This document shows positions 25,750 through 39,399 of a stretch of DNA of 64,000 nt, piece after piece. Source of the stretch: Octopus vulgaris. Lineage: Eukaryota. Within the stretch, counting starts at the first letter, position 1; each line of letters opens with the position of its first letter. The stretch spans positions 68,200,001 through 68,264,000 of the forward strand of contig OX597818.1 in NCBI GenBank assembly GCA_951406725.2, in the 5' to 3' direction. Made by a program: the position numbers and the translations under genes. Below the pieces are notes generated by a model, which was not told the origin of the DNA, made no database searches, and was given only the letters and a program-made list of their open reading frames with translations.

Positions 25750-26494
25750 CATATGCCTATATACATACATGTACATACTTACATACACATGTGTATATGG
25801 GTACAGGATGTCAAAGAACGTAAGCAACATGAAAAACGGGAACATGAATTGCCACAACATGGGAAACGAACATTTCTTTTGCGAACAATGAAAGAAACAA
25901 ATAGGAAAGCTAGGCAGGCAACATAAAGAACAATTCCTTCATCTGTTGTCCACTGTTTCATCTACTCCGCAAAACGAGCACTAGGACAAGATGCGTCTTC
26001 GTCAAAACAGTTGCTCCCGCAAGGCAAATTAAGTAAAGTTTCGGATTTGCAGTGGGTCAAAGTTGGTAACAAACACAGGACAGTGAAAACAAACGGTAAG
26101 AGCTGTTAAGCCATAACGAGGTGAAGTGGTAGACGCTGGAGAAATAAGCTTTGACGTGCTATCCCTGTAGCTGAATAAGAAGAAGAAAGAAAGAAAGATG
26201 TCCAATGGTCACGTGTGAGCAGCGAGAGAGTTAAGTAGGAAGAGAGAGGGAAAGATAGAGAGCGGTGAAAGGAGGAGAACAGAGAAAGAATGGGAGAGAA
26301 AAAGAAGGGAGATAAAAAATAAAATAAAGAAGGAGAGACAAAAACAGATACTGATATAATAGTGTCACATCAGAATTATTAAGATAAAACTTACTTGGGA
26401 ATAGATGCGTGGCGTTCAATCATATAATAATGTAAATAATATACACACGTATACATATATATACATATATATACATATATATACATATATATAC

Positions 26495-26696
26495 TTCCAG
26501 TTATTTTAGTCATTTGACTGTGGCCATGCTGGAGCACCGCCTTTAGTCGAACAAATCGAACCCAGGAGTTATTCTTTGTAAGCCTAGTACTTATTGTATC
26601 AGTCCTTTTTGCCGAACCCCTAAGTCACGGAACGTAAACATACAAACATCGGTTTTCAAGTGAAGGAGGTGGGGACAAATATACATTAACAGACGT

Positions 26697-26757
<61 letters not shown>

Positions 26758-26928
26758 TATATACAACGGGCTTCTTTCAGTTTCCGTCTACCAAATCCAC
26801 TCACAAGGCTTTGGTCAGTTTGAAGCTATAGTAGAAGACCCTTGCCCAAGTTGCTACGCAGTAGGACTGAACCCCGAACCATGTGGTTATTAAGCAAGCT
26901 ACTTACCACACAGCCACTCCTACGCCTA
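26495..26928 (-). mobile_element. SINE family A, full length
   Basis: Reverse complement of the consensus; internal (TA)n. Confidence 0.9.
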
Positions 26929-27055
26929 TAACAACATAATATGTATATATATATATATGCATATATATATATATATATATGTATATACATAATGTATTAT
27001 AGATCACTAGCCACTACACATTCTTTATTTTCTCTCCTTGTTTCTCTCCTCGTTC

Positions 27056-27091
27056 CTTTCTGTGGAAGAGCGTAAGCTCGAAACGCTAAAG
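27056..27091 (+). ncRNA. Degenerate minimal hammerhead-like motif
   Basis: CTTT-CTGTGGA-A-GAGC(GTAA)GCTC-GAAAC-GCT-AAAG: stems I and II pair, but the core deviates from CUGANGA. Confidence 0.4.
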
Positions 27092-27217
27092 ACTTTTTCA
27101 CTTCCCAAGCGTCATACTAATACATCTTTGTGTCGTTTACACCACCTGTCTTCGTCTTTTGCTTTTTTTTTGTGAATTCTCCCTACATAATGTGTATATA
27201 TACATATATATATGTAT

Positions 27218-27259
<42 letters not shown>

Positions 27260-28464
27260 TAGTCTTTTGCGATCCAAGAAAGATGGTACGGAAGTTCCTT
27301 GCTGCACTCTACTCAAATGATTCGTCTAAGTAAGTTTTATCTGAATAATTCTGATGCGACACTATTATATCACTATCTTTTTTTGTCTCTCCTTTATTTT
27401 ATTTCGTATCTCCCCTCTTTTTCTCTCCCATTCTTTCTCTGTTCTCCTCTTTTCACCGCTCTCTATCTTTCCCTTTCTCTTCCTACTTAACTCTCTCGTT
27501 GCTCACGACATCTTTCACACAAATACATACATATATACATATATATGCATCAGCTGACAAATGATGCTGCCTGGACAAGTGCACAGTGTACTACATGTCT
27601 TGTGTCGAAGTGATTGATTAGCCACCTGACATGAAGTATTTTGCTCAAGAACACAACACACATTCCAGTCTTGTGATCACGAATGCAACACGCTATTCAC
27701 TAGGCCATGTGCCCTCACACACAAACCCGCACGTTGATACACAAATATAGATAGATAAGTCTATAAATGTGTGTATGTGTGTGTGTGAAGGCAATAGCAA
27801 GCTCTCCACCACGCACTGTGTTTTGCTTATAAGCATATGTGTGTGTATGTGTGAGTGCATCTACCCCCATAAGAATAAGGGTGTGTAAAGTATGTAAATA
27901 TATATGCGTGCGGATGTATTTCTAATATTTCTGTTAAAACAAAATCCAAAAGTTGAAAAGCTCGAAAGACCCACCTTCAACATCTGCCATCCAGAAATCG
28001 CTGCTAATTAGCAACTAAGTACTAACATACATGGCTAATCATAAGTAGACATACTCACACACTTACACACACACAAGACCCATGAACTGCCACGCTCAGT
28101 CACACACTGCACACCGACCGTGAAGCAGGAGAGTGCGCAAAGTACCCCTGCCCTGATTAAAATATCATAAACACAGAGAAAACCCAGATATTATAAACAA
28201 TGGTTGCTGAAACAAAGACAGAATAATCAGCTTAGGAAAATTACAGGAGATGCACATTAGCAGGGAGAAGAGCAGATGCGGGTGGGGTACGGGTATGTCA
28301 TAAAGAAGAAGGTGGTCACAGTCTGTGATTGAAAGAGCTCGGCGAGGAGTCTGATTGACTGAGCGATCAAACAATTGATCAGTTAATTAGTTGAATAGTT
28401 AAGGGGGTAATCAATAGAAAGTAGAATGTAACAAGTGTGATTTCATAGGCAAAAGTTGCAAGGT

Positions 28465-29075
28465 ACAACACACACACATACATACATACATACATACATA
28501 CATACATACATACACACATACATATATACATACACATGTACACAAATATATACATACATATATACATATATGCATACATACATATGCACATACACACACA
28601 CATAAATACATACATATACATACACACACATGTACACATATACGCATACACACATACATGTACACATACATGCATACACACATACACACTTACATAGATG
28701 CATATATACATACATGCATACATACACACATACATACACACACATACATGCATACATACACATACACACAAGCACACAACCATACCTACACACATACATA
28801 CACACACATGCATGCAAACATACACATACACACATGCACACATAAATACCTACACATATACATACATGCATACATATATACATACATATGCACATACACA
28901 CAGATTCATACACATACACACACACACATGCATACATACATACGCACATACACACACATGCGTACATACATAATAGCACGCATACATACATACACATACA
29001 CACACATGCATACACACATACGCACACACACACACACACATGCGTACATACATACACGCATACATACACACAGAC
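28465..29075. repeat. ~600-bp cryptic (CA/TA) microsatellite
   Basis: Direct reading; source of the 150-224 aa low-complexity ORFs. Confidence 0.95.
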
Positions 29076-29357
29076 ACTGATGTATGTTTGTATATATGTA
29101 TTATTATACTTGTACACATCGTTGTTCTTTCAATTTCCGTCAACCAAAATTACTCACAATGTTATGGCCACACCCCGGCTAAAGCAGAAAACTCTCTCCC
29201 CAGGTACCTTGCAAGGGGACTGAACTCAATACCATATTTTTAGGAAGCAGATACTTTAACCATGCAGCCTATGATAAGCATAAGAGGAAAGCTGGGTGGC
29301 ACAAGAGCCGAAAGCTTTGTGGCTCTAACAATTAAGTTGAGGACATTACTCCACATA

Positions 29358-29882
29358 TCATCATCATCAACATCATCATCATCGTTTAACGTCCGTTTTC
29401 CGTGCTAGCACGGGTTGGACGGTTCGACTGTTGTCTGGGAATCCAGGAGGCTACACCAGGCTCCAGTCTGATCTGGCAGTGTTTCTACAGCTGGACGCCC
29501 TTCCTAACGCCAACCATTCCGTGAGTGTAGTGGGTGTTTTTTACGTGCCACTGGCATAGGTGCCAGGGGAGGCTGGCAGCGCCCACAATCGGTTGGTGCT
29601 TTTTACGTGCCACCGACACAGAAGCTAGTCAAAGCGGCGCTGGCACCGGCCACGTTCGGATGGTGCTTTTTACGTGCCACCTGCGCAGGTATCACAACTA
29701 CAATTTCCATTTGATATTTATTTTGATGTTGATGTTGATGTACTTTACTCAATAAGTCTCCTCAAGCATAGTAGGTCATGTGCCACCGGCACAGAAGCCA
29801 GTCAAGGCGGCCCTGGCTTCGGCCACGTTCGGATGGTGCTTTTTACGTGCCGCCGGCACAGGTATCATAACTACAATTTCCA
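29358..29882 (-). mobile_element. RTE-associated 3' module with internal tandem subrepeats
   Basis: (CAT)n-CGTTTAACGTCCGTTTTCC…GCCCTTCCTAACGCCAACCA; GGTGCTTTTTACGTGCC recurs 4-5 times. Confidence 0.8.
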
Positions 29883-30319
29883 TATATAAGTGTAGAATTA
29901 TTATCCTTTATGTTTGAAACTTAGACAAATATTTTGTGTTTGTTTCTCATTAGCTATTGTTGGACGTTAAATGTTTTTGACAGATGGTATGAGATTTCTT
30001 TCAAGAATCAGAAAATAGTTTGGCTATCATATTTGGTGTTAATTGTTACAAGAATACACTGTCTGTATTTTGATATTTTTGTTATACTTTGCTAATAATA
30101 GAGCCTCTGCGTCTGCTGTTCAAGAATGTTTTCTTTTCAATTCCACATGAAAGAGTTGAGATTCCAACAAATATTTATTTACCTACACATTTTTTCAAAG
30201 TGTATTGTGGTACAATGACACCTTCCAGTAGATGCATTATTAATTGGTAAAAAGATGTGGAGGTTGTCATGCTGGTATGTTCAATGTAAGACTGAATCAT
30301 AAAATTAATATTATTAAAC

Positions 30320-30438
30320 GGTTACAGCCATATCACGTTGAGAGCATCGGTTCTCGTCCGATCACCGAAGTTATATAACATCGAGCCTAGTGGGTACTTA
30401 GATGGGTGACCACTTGGGAAACCTAGGTGCTGTAGGAG
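30320..30438 (+). pseudogene. Orphan 5S rRNA copy (probable pseudogene)
   Basis: GGTTACAGCCATATCACGTTGAGAGCATCGGTTCTCGTCCGATCACCGAAGTT…GTACTTAGATGGGTGACCACTTGGGAAACCTAGGTGCTGTAGG is a full-length metazoan 5S. Box A reads AGTTATAT instead of AGTTAAGC; no oligo-T terminator; not in an array. Confidence 0.9.
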
Positions 30439-30449
30439 TCTCACATTTA

Positions 30450-31240
30450 TAGGTGCAGGTGTGGCTGTGTGGTAAGTAGCTTGCTTACCAACCACATGGT
30501 TCCGGGTTCAGTTCTACTGCGTGGAATCTTGGGCAAGCGCCTTCTACTATAGCCTCGGGCAAACGAAAGTATTGTGAGTGGATTTGGTACACGGAAACTG
30601 AAAGAAGTCTGTCGTATATATGTATATATATATATATGTTTCTTTATTACCCACAAGGGGCTAAACACAGAGGGGACAAACAAGGACAGACAAACGGATT
30701 AAGTCGATTACATCGACCCCAGTGCGTAACTGGTACTTAATTTATCGACCCCGAAAGGATGAAAGGCAAAGTCGACCTCGGCGGAATTTGAACTCAGAAC
30801 GTAACGACAGACGAAATACGGTTACGCATTTCGCCCGGCGTGCTAACGTTTCTGCCAGCTCGCCGCCTTATATATATATATATAGGGTGGCGAATACTCA
30901 TTATAAATATCACCACCAGTGGCCTAGCATGTATAAAAAGTCAATAGACAACATATTCGTATTTCAAAATAGAAAATTACATGTTAAAGGGTAATTTTCT
31001 ATTTTGAAATACGTATATACATATATATGTATGTGTGTCTGTGTTTGTCCCCCCAACATCTCTTGACAACCGATGCTGGTGTGTTTACGCCCCTGTAACT
31101 TAGCGGTTCGGCAGAGAGTCGATAGTATAAACACTAGGCTTACAAAGAATAAGTGCTGTGGGCGATTTGATTGACTGAAAGCGGTGCACCAGCATGGCCG
31201 CAGTTAAATGACTGAAACAATAAAAGAATAAAAGAATAAA
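30450..31240 (+). mobile_element. SINE family A carrying nested insertions in its (TA)n
   Basis: Head 30450-30615, tail ~31030-31240. Confidence 0.85.
30638..30868 (-). mobile_element. SINE family B nested in SINE A
   Basis: Near-consensus reverse complement of 24997-25227. Confidence 0.9.
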
Positions 31241-31929
31241 TGTCTGAAAAGGAATTTTAAATTTTAAATTTTATTGCTCAATTGAAATTTTCACTTCAAT
31301 TTACATTCAAACTCTAAACCAAAACTTCATAATTTTACAAGTTTTTACAAGAATAAATATTTTTGTGATGCATAAGTTTTCTGATTAATTAGTTATCCTA
31401 TTCACTAATCACTTGTTTAACTTTACACAGAATTGCCAAGTTCTAAATGTAATTTACGCCATATATTCTTGACAAATTGATTGAATTCCACCAAATTTCC
31501 TAATACAACTAAAGACTCTTCTTAATACAGAAAAGTGTCCTGTCACACAACTTGGAAACCTTTGATCTTGGGGATGTAATTAAGAAGGCCATCAAACCAG
31601 AAAAGGAAAGCAAAAACGAAACAAAAACAACATACGAGTTCCAACTTTTCATTTACATAAGCCATCATCTTCTGATAGAATTGAAATCTCATTATCATTG
31701 CATTAAACCGAAACCCAATCAAACCAAATTGCTGTTTGCGTTTAATTTGTGATCAGCATTCATTGAGTAGACATACAGAAGTGAAATGGCTCAGTTGTTA
31801 GGGTGGTGAGATGATGTGAATGTCGATAAATTTGAGAATGGTTGAATATAAGGTTGGTGCTTATTAGAGAAGTGCTTACTCTTGGAACTCTGTACTAAAT
31901 GGAATGCAAATTGTTCCACCAAAACCTAA

Positions 31930-32160
31930 TCTATTATATAAAATCGTTCTGTCTGTCTGTGTGTGTGTCTTCTAGGATCTCGGGCATCCTCCATCCGATT
32001 GCGTTCAAACTTGATATGTAGATACCGACGGTATCAGGGAGTGTGTAAGTCTTGAAAAAAGGACAAAAATCGATTCCAGGTGAGAATGCAATCGATAAAG
32101 CCATAGGAAATCGTTTTTCTTTGGAATAGAAAAGTCTATCTTTATTTCTTCTTTTGCTAG
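31930..32160 (+). mobile_element. Probable non-autonomous Helitron
   Basis: A|TCTATTATATAAAA start, (CTGT)n microsatellite, CCGATTGCGTTCAAACTTG motif, CTAG|T end; no clear subterminal hairpin. Confidence 0.55.
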
Positions 32161-34393
32161 TGTCTCAAATTTAGGTTAAATCAGTGTTTCTCAAAGGAGA
32201 GGCCTGTGGGACGGTCGGACAAGTTGTTTTGAGAAAGTTTGGTTTAAATGTTTGACAACTCAGCATCATCAATTGGATGGGAGGGGGTGTTTTGCTCGTC
32301 TAAATCATAATCATAATGGCAAGTTGTCACCCCAAAGTTTTGAATTTTAATTTGGTCAATGCTGAAACTATCCTACTACTTTCATTCAGATTGCAGCACT
32401 TGAGACACTGCGGTAACTTGTCTGAGACGATGATGATGATGATGATGATGATGAGGTTGATGACGACGACCACGACGACCACGACCACGATGAGGATGAT
32501 GATGATGATGATGATGATGATAAGTAAGTTTAATATTACATCAGATTTCATGCAATTTTAGTTAGTAAAATAATATCTCAATTCCACTGGCCAATTACCG
32601 AGATTTCATTGTGCATAAGGGAATGAGAGCACAACCTCCCTGCTGCTGTTGCTGCTGCTGAACGAGATGCAAGTCTACGGTCGGGTTACTCATTACACTT
32701 CAATGAACTGAAGCAACAAAAGTGTTTTTCTCTCAAGAAAACAAAGCATTACCATTCTGGGAATCGAAACCACAGTCATGCCAACATGAGTGTGTAGCAG
32801 GGATTTGAAACTGAACCTTGGATATGCAGTCAGGCATTATGATCAAACCACCATAGTTTTATCTGACCAATCAATTGTTTAACTGACCAATCAATGTGAA
32901 GCGATGGCATGAAGAGGTTTTCTCAAATATTGTAGGATTTGACTATAAAAACCGTTCAGCTTGCCTTTTTACCAGCCACATGACTCAGGAAAGCAGCTTG
33001 GACAGATGGCACATATAGATGACAGGAAGCTCCATCACCTCAACTATAGCGTAACCGTTTCCAGCTATGGTGAGTAAGCTGCATGTTGCCATTTCAATGG
33101 CTTGCTGTAAACTCCAAGCAGTATATCTCTCCCAGTTTGTAATTATTGCTATTGTTTTCTATAATAGACCGACGCAGTTGATTTTTATGTATGATAGCAA
33201 ATTCTTTTGTTAAATGTTCACGAGCGCTGTTCAGTTACTTGATGCAGCCCAAGAAACATATTTTAATTCATCTCTTCAACCAGTCACCACAGCAACCAAA
33301 AACAACTGCACCCATGTGACTAGTTCAACAACCAATCCATTAAGCCATGCACCATCAGCACTTCTATAAACAGCGAAACAAACTTGAATTTAGTTGATTA
33401 TAATAAAGAAGACAATGAAAGGAAAGCAAAGTTTCTAATTTCTAATAACGATAGCAATGGCAAGACTGGTGTGGTGGTGAATAAAATAAGTCTTAATTTA
33501 TGGTTTAAAAATCTAGTTTTCGGTTATAAAGCAAGCAATTTGTAAATCTGGTGTAAACAAACAAGCAAATTTAAACAAGAAAAGTAATTAGTCGTATATA
33601 CAAATAATTTACGTAGGAACCAATTCATTGCTATTCTATTATTTCTGCTAAATCCTAATTTACAAAAATAATTGGTCAGTTGTGTGATCAGGCGATTTCT
33701 TCTAAATTTTTAGAAATCGTTTACAATAGGTTTCAATATTTCTACCTTTTGCTGATAATGTGTTGTAAATCAAGACATCAGCGAAATGGTAATAGAACTG
33801 AATTGGCGGAGGAACCAAAGCATTTCGTTTCTCACCTGACTCAATGTCACTATCACAAGTAATTTTCTTTTGTAATTTACTCCAAAGTTGTTCCTGAGAA
33901 GACCAAAGATATATACATCCATCCATCCATCCATCCATCCATCCATACATACATACATACATACATACATACATACATACATACATACATACAAACATAC
34001 ACACACACACATACATACATGCATACTTACATACATACATACATACATGCATACATACATGCATACATACATACATACATACATATATATATATATATAC
34101 ACACATACGTACATATATATATAATGAGACTTAGAGTTTCAGATACCTGGGCTGAAGTCTGCTCCGGCATCTCATCAGTTATTAAGAAAAACAAAAACGC
34201 AATGGAAAAAAATCCGTTGAATAAAGGGAAATTATTCAATAGGCGTTGAGAAAGTAAAACATCGTTCATAGAATCTACATATGCACACATGTACACATAT
34301 ACATACACGTATGCACACACATACACGCACACACACACATGTATGTATATATGTATACATACACACACATGTACATATACATACATATCTATC

Positions 34394-34488
<95 letters not shown>

Positions 34489-34503
34489 TGTGTGTTATGA
34501 CAA

Positions 34504-34643
34504 TTATGGAAAGGTAACCCATAGAAACTTAACAAGTATGTTAAAAAGTGGAGAAGAGATGTTGAAATTTAAAAGAATTTAGCATATTCTCTTCTCCATT
34601 TTTTAACAAACTTGTTGAGTTTCTATGGGATTCCTTTCCATAA
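34504..34643. repeat. Long imperfect palindrome (~65-bp arms)
   Basis: TTATGGAAAGG…CCCATAGAAACT…AACAAGT…TGGAGAAGAG pairs with CTCTTCTCCA…ACTTGTT…AGTTTCTATGGG…CCTTTCCATAA. Confidence 0.85.
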
Positions 34644-34823
34644 GTTCTCATCGCACACCATTTACATGCAATAATTTCATATTCGCAAAAATCTTACGCC
34701 ACTAAGCTACCAGAAAAATATAAAGAATCTTTGTTAGGAATCGCCATTTTGGGACCCTCCAAAGTAAAGGAGGAAATATAATTCAACCTTTTCACACACA
34801 CACATATTTTACACATTTTTATG

Positions 34824-34865
<42 letters not shown>

Positions 34866-34881
34866 CTCTCTCTCTCTCGCT

Positions 34882-34912
<31 letters not shown>

Positions 34913-35809
34913 AGACATGCACATATATATATGAAAATACATTAGAATTTGTGAGAAGTTTGAAAGCAATTTCTAGCAGATCGGGAATAAATAGGCCTGT
35001 TTCCTAGCTCATTGCTTATGACAGGTAGTAAGAATTGACTGGAATTAGCGATTTATTGAGTTCATTTGGCAGCAAGTTGTGTCTTTGCACAACATATTTC
35101 ATTCCATGTTGCTCCAGTCTGTTCGGCTGTAAACATGTGCCATCCAGATGCTGGTGCAGCTCCCTCTCACTCACCCTCTCGTTCACCCTCTTACTCTCTC
35201 ACTCTTTTTCTCCTTTCTCTTCCTCCTTCCAGCTGCCACATTCTGCCGGGCTGAGAGGGCTGAGAGCACATCTGCATCTGATCACAACCATGTAGACACC
35301 AGAACAGTGAGTCAATGCATGCTATCTGCGAGTGAGCCTAAACTCACTCACAAATGGTTGCTAACTGCATTACTAAGTTGAAGAGCCAAGTTCAATTCCT
35401 TCCTACAGCAAACATTACATGTGGAAACCTGTGTCCTTTCGCAAAGGTAATTTATTTCTCATCTTCCTGACATTTTTAAAAGAATCGTTGAAAACTGGAA
35501 CTTCTAGGTTTGCCTCAATACAACAAACCAAGGCCAACATCCACTGATTTATTAAAATAACATCACTTTTACACCAAACCAAAACGCTGGTTTCAAAATT
35601 AAGCACTCGGCTAGCAATGCCAGGACATGGCATCAATTACATCAAACCCACCAATGTGTACCATAACTGGTACACATTTTGTTGACCCAGAAAAGATGAG
35701 AGGCAAAGTCAATCTCACCAGAATTTGAACTCAGAACACAAACACAGCCAAAATCCCACCAAGTATTTTGCTCGATGTGCTAACGATTCTGCCAGAAAGC
35801 TGCCACGAT

Positions 35810-36168
35810 AGGAAGATGCTTGGAGTGCTGTGAGTATCGCATGGAGAAAATGTCTAAGGAAAAAGTGATGACCCCTGGGTTGTGGAAAATAGGAAATTGC
35901 TTTGTGTCATAAGGGCCAAGCAACTGAGATTTCTTGGTCATGTGATGCGGAAAGGGGACCTGGAGAATTTAGAGATGACCAGAAAGGTTGAAGAGGAAAG
36001 AAGCAGAAGAAAGAGAATGATATGGAGGTCAAGCTTGACGAATTGGTTGGAAGAAATAAGCATTAAACATCAGGAAGTGGAACTGTTACAGAAAAGAAAG
36101 AACAGGGAATTGTGACGGGACATGATCCCCTATGTCCAACATTCTGGACATGGCATCTAAGGAAGAAT
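35810..36168 (+). mobile_element. RTE/BovB-type LINE 3' fragment
   Basis: ORF 35882-36115: IRAKQLRFLGHVMRKGDLENLEMTRKVEEERSRRKRMIW. Confidence 0.85.
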
Positions 36169-37274
36169 TATAGCTCCATCCTCACTTTACATCTATTGAG
36201 TACGATTCACATATTTTCCATGAAAATATATATTTAATGTATTTGACAAATATCAGTGAGTATATAGTACATGCATGTGTGTGTATAAGGATTATATAGT
36301 CAATATATCAAAATCTTTATCTTGTACTCACCATGTTTCTAGATTCCAAAAATGTAAACTCGGTTAAATTTATCAATAGTATATTTCTTTGAAACTATAA
36401 TATATATATTGAAAAGAAAGAATAATTTATTAATAAAAACACAATTGATTCTAAATTTAGACAAAAGTATACGAAAATCAATTCAGGCAGACATGCTTTC
36501 ATATTCTTCTTTCTTTCCTGTTTCTTTCTCTTTTTTTTGTCATAAATTTCATTAAATAACATAAAAATAGAAAAAATGCGATTAAGCTTAGTTTTTTGTA
36601 AAATAATTCTTAAGAAAAATCTGATATATTTTTCATATTACACAGCAAAAGCTCTTTGATCACATGTCCCTTACCAAAAGTATTACAAATATATTTCTCA
36701 CGATAACAGTTGACTCTTTGTGTGTGTGTATGTGTGTGTGTGTGTATGTGAGTGTGTGAGTGTGTGTGTTTGTGTGTGAGTGTGGGGGTGTGTGTGGGGG
36801 TGTTTCAAGATGCAAAGACAGAGCAATATTAACAATTTCAAAAGTAAAATCCATTACTGAATCAGCAAACTGACATTAATTTATCCAACATTTTCAGAAT
36901 TTACATATGTATATATATGTGTATATATGTATGTATATGCATACATATGTGTATCGTAAAAACTTTAATAGAAATTCTATTAAAGTTTCTTATTTTTGCT
37001 GCAAAATGTTGACACCTTTATTAATTCACTTCATATAAAAACATATGTTAAACAATAACTTTACCAAAATGGAGAGCAGGTGTAATTGTTGGAACTTTAG
37101 TAAACATCCCATGGTTAGTTCCAAAGTATTGAGCCCCTTCGGTTAGGCCTACGATAAATGATCCTGAATAACTGTTTGCCAATTATAGCCACGGCCTGCT
37201 AATCATAATATATTATGTTCAATATTATATCAATGCTGCAGCTTGTGACGATTAAATTTTCTTCTGGTGGCCGT

Positions 37275-37594
37275 TGGTAGGAAGTTTGCTTCACAACCAG
37301 ATGGTTCCAGGTTCAGTCCTTCTGTATGAAACCTTGGACAAGCATTCTCTACTCAAGCTAGCCAAACCACTGTGACTGGATTTGGTAAACAAACACTGAC
37401 AGAAGCATATCGTGAGTGCCTGTGTGTGTAGGTGCAGGAGTGGTTGTGTAGTAAGAAGCTTGCTTACCAACCACATGGTTCCGGGTTCAGTACCACTGCC
37501 TAGCACCTTGTGCAAGTGTCTTCTATTATAGCCTCGGGCAGACCAAAAGCCTTGTGAGTTGATTTGGTAGACGGACACGGAAAGAGGCCCATCG

Positions 37595-37650
<56 letters not shown>

Positions 37651-38112
37651 TGTTTGTTATTTGTGTTAGTGTTTGTCCCCCGAACATCACTGGACAACCG
37701 ATGTTAGTGTGCATACTCCCCTGTAACTTAGCAGTTCAGCAAAAAAGACTGATAGAATAAGTACTAGACTTACGAAGAATAAGTCCTGGGGTCGATTTGG
37801 ATTACTAAAGGCGATACTCCAGCATGGCCACAGTCAAATGACTGAAACAAGTAAAAGAATAAAAGAATATATGTATACGTACATTTGTATGTGTATGTGT
37901 GTATGTGCGTGTATGTGTGTGCTTTTTGTCACCCCGCTTGACAACTGGTATTGGCGTGCTTTGGTCCTCTAACTTAACGGCTCAGCAAACAGACCAATAA
38001 AGAAAGTGCTAAGCTTAAACAAACGAAGTGCTGGGGTAAATTGATTCGACTAAAATTCTTCAACGTGGTGCCCCAGCATGGCCACAGTCTAATGACTGAA
38101 ACCTGTAAAAAG
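37275..38112 (+). mobile_element. Cluster of three SINE A copies (partial, full 37428-37868, 3' part)
   Basis: Repeated family-A head and tail motifs. Confidence 0.85.
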
Positions 38113-38984
38113 AAAACAACAATTATAGCTATTCTTCGGTGACAAAAACGGATACTAAAGTTAAGACCAGAAAATATTCATTGCACGTTTTTATATTTTT
38201 CTCACGCACCCAGGTTTTAACCCGCAAACAAATTGCTTTATTTGTCTACAAAGTTTGTGTTGGTTCAGAGCTGCACACGTGACAGTTATTATCTTGCCAG
38301 TTTCTTAATATTCTGTTCCAACGTTTCTTAATATTCTGTTCCAACGTATCAAAGATACATTGTTACCTGTATAAAAATATTTATCTGACTAAATAGGAAA
38401 TTTGCCACCCAACTTTTCAAATACACTTGGGGATTCAGACAAAATAGTACTTTTTACCTAAAAGCATTATTTTTAAAGAAACAGTACTTTTATGAAAGAC
38501 TCTATGCCTGTTTTTGTCTCTTCTTCCATTTACAGCAACAGTAAAAAGAAGCCGTGTGTCATCTTTACGTAAAAGAAGACAATTAATTTTACAGCAGGAC
38601 AAGAACAACTTAAAGTCACGTAATGACATCCTAACGACTTGTTTACACAAAGGAAAAGGGCTGATATACAATCTTCTTAGTGCAGAGTCAGCAAAAATGT
38701 ATTCACAGCAGAACGGTTTTGACTATCTCACATTTTCAGCTTTGGTTTCTCTTTAATTATTCATTTTCTATTCACCTACTGTTGTGTTTCATCGCAAGAT
38801 GTTTGGATCAATTTCTAAGGTTTTAGGAAGAAAAATACAATTTACAATGCTTTTTATTACTTTTGTTTTAAATAATTAATGTTAAGGTTGGGGTTTCTGT
38901 CACTTTTATCTTCATTTTCTCTTTTATTTCCTTGTTTTGTCACTGAGCAGTAAAAACGCACAGAGAACTGCTTTGCTCAACTAC

Positions 38985-39357
38985 TCAGGGGATCCTTAAA
39001 AGTAGCAGATAAGTACTGCTACCTAGGCAACCAAGTTTGCAGTGGAGGTGGAAGTTCTGAAAACATAGTTGCTAGAATAAGAACAGGCTGGGAAAAGTTC
39101 AGAGAGTTTCTACCTTTGCTGATAACTAAGGGCCTACCCACACTTCCTCTCCCAGCTGAGAGGTCTTTGTTTTGCAGGTTCCGGTGCCATGTAAAATGCA
39201 ACACCATCACTCTGTAAAGTGCCGGGCGTTAGGAAGGGCGTCCAGTTGTAGAAATCATGCCAAAGCAAACATTTGGAGTCTGGACAGCTTTCTAGTTATC
39301 CAGCTTATGTCAAATCGTCCAACCCATTCCAGAATGGAAAAAGGAAGTTAAACGATG
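38985..39357 (+). mobile_element. Internally deleted RTE element (RT fragment joined to 3' module)
   Basis: SLKVADKYCYLGNQVCSGGGSSENIVARIRTGWEKFREFLPLL, then GGCGTTAGGAAGGGCGTCCAG…GTTAAACGATG. Confidence 0.8.
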
Positions 39358-39399
39358 CTTTTGATACACATATAGATATATACACAATAGATTTGAGCA

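Larger units (their letters stand above)
26215..27506. repeat. ~180-bp inverted repeat pair (26215-26396 / 27328-27506)
   Basis: The arms are reverse complements; the near-identical ORFs 26231-26419(-) and 27299-27490(+) reflect this. Confidence 0.9.

Noticed and set aside
24957-30994. Recurrent ORF MRNWYLIYRPRKDERQSRPRRNLNS (24957, 30722)
   Set aside because: Antisense translation of SINE B, not a gene family.
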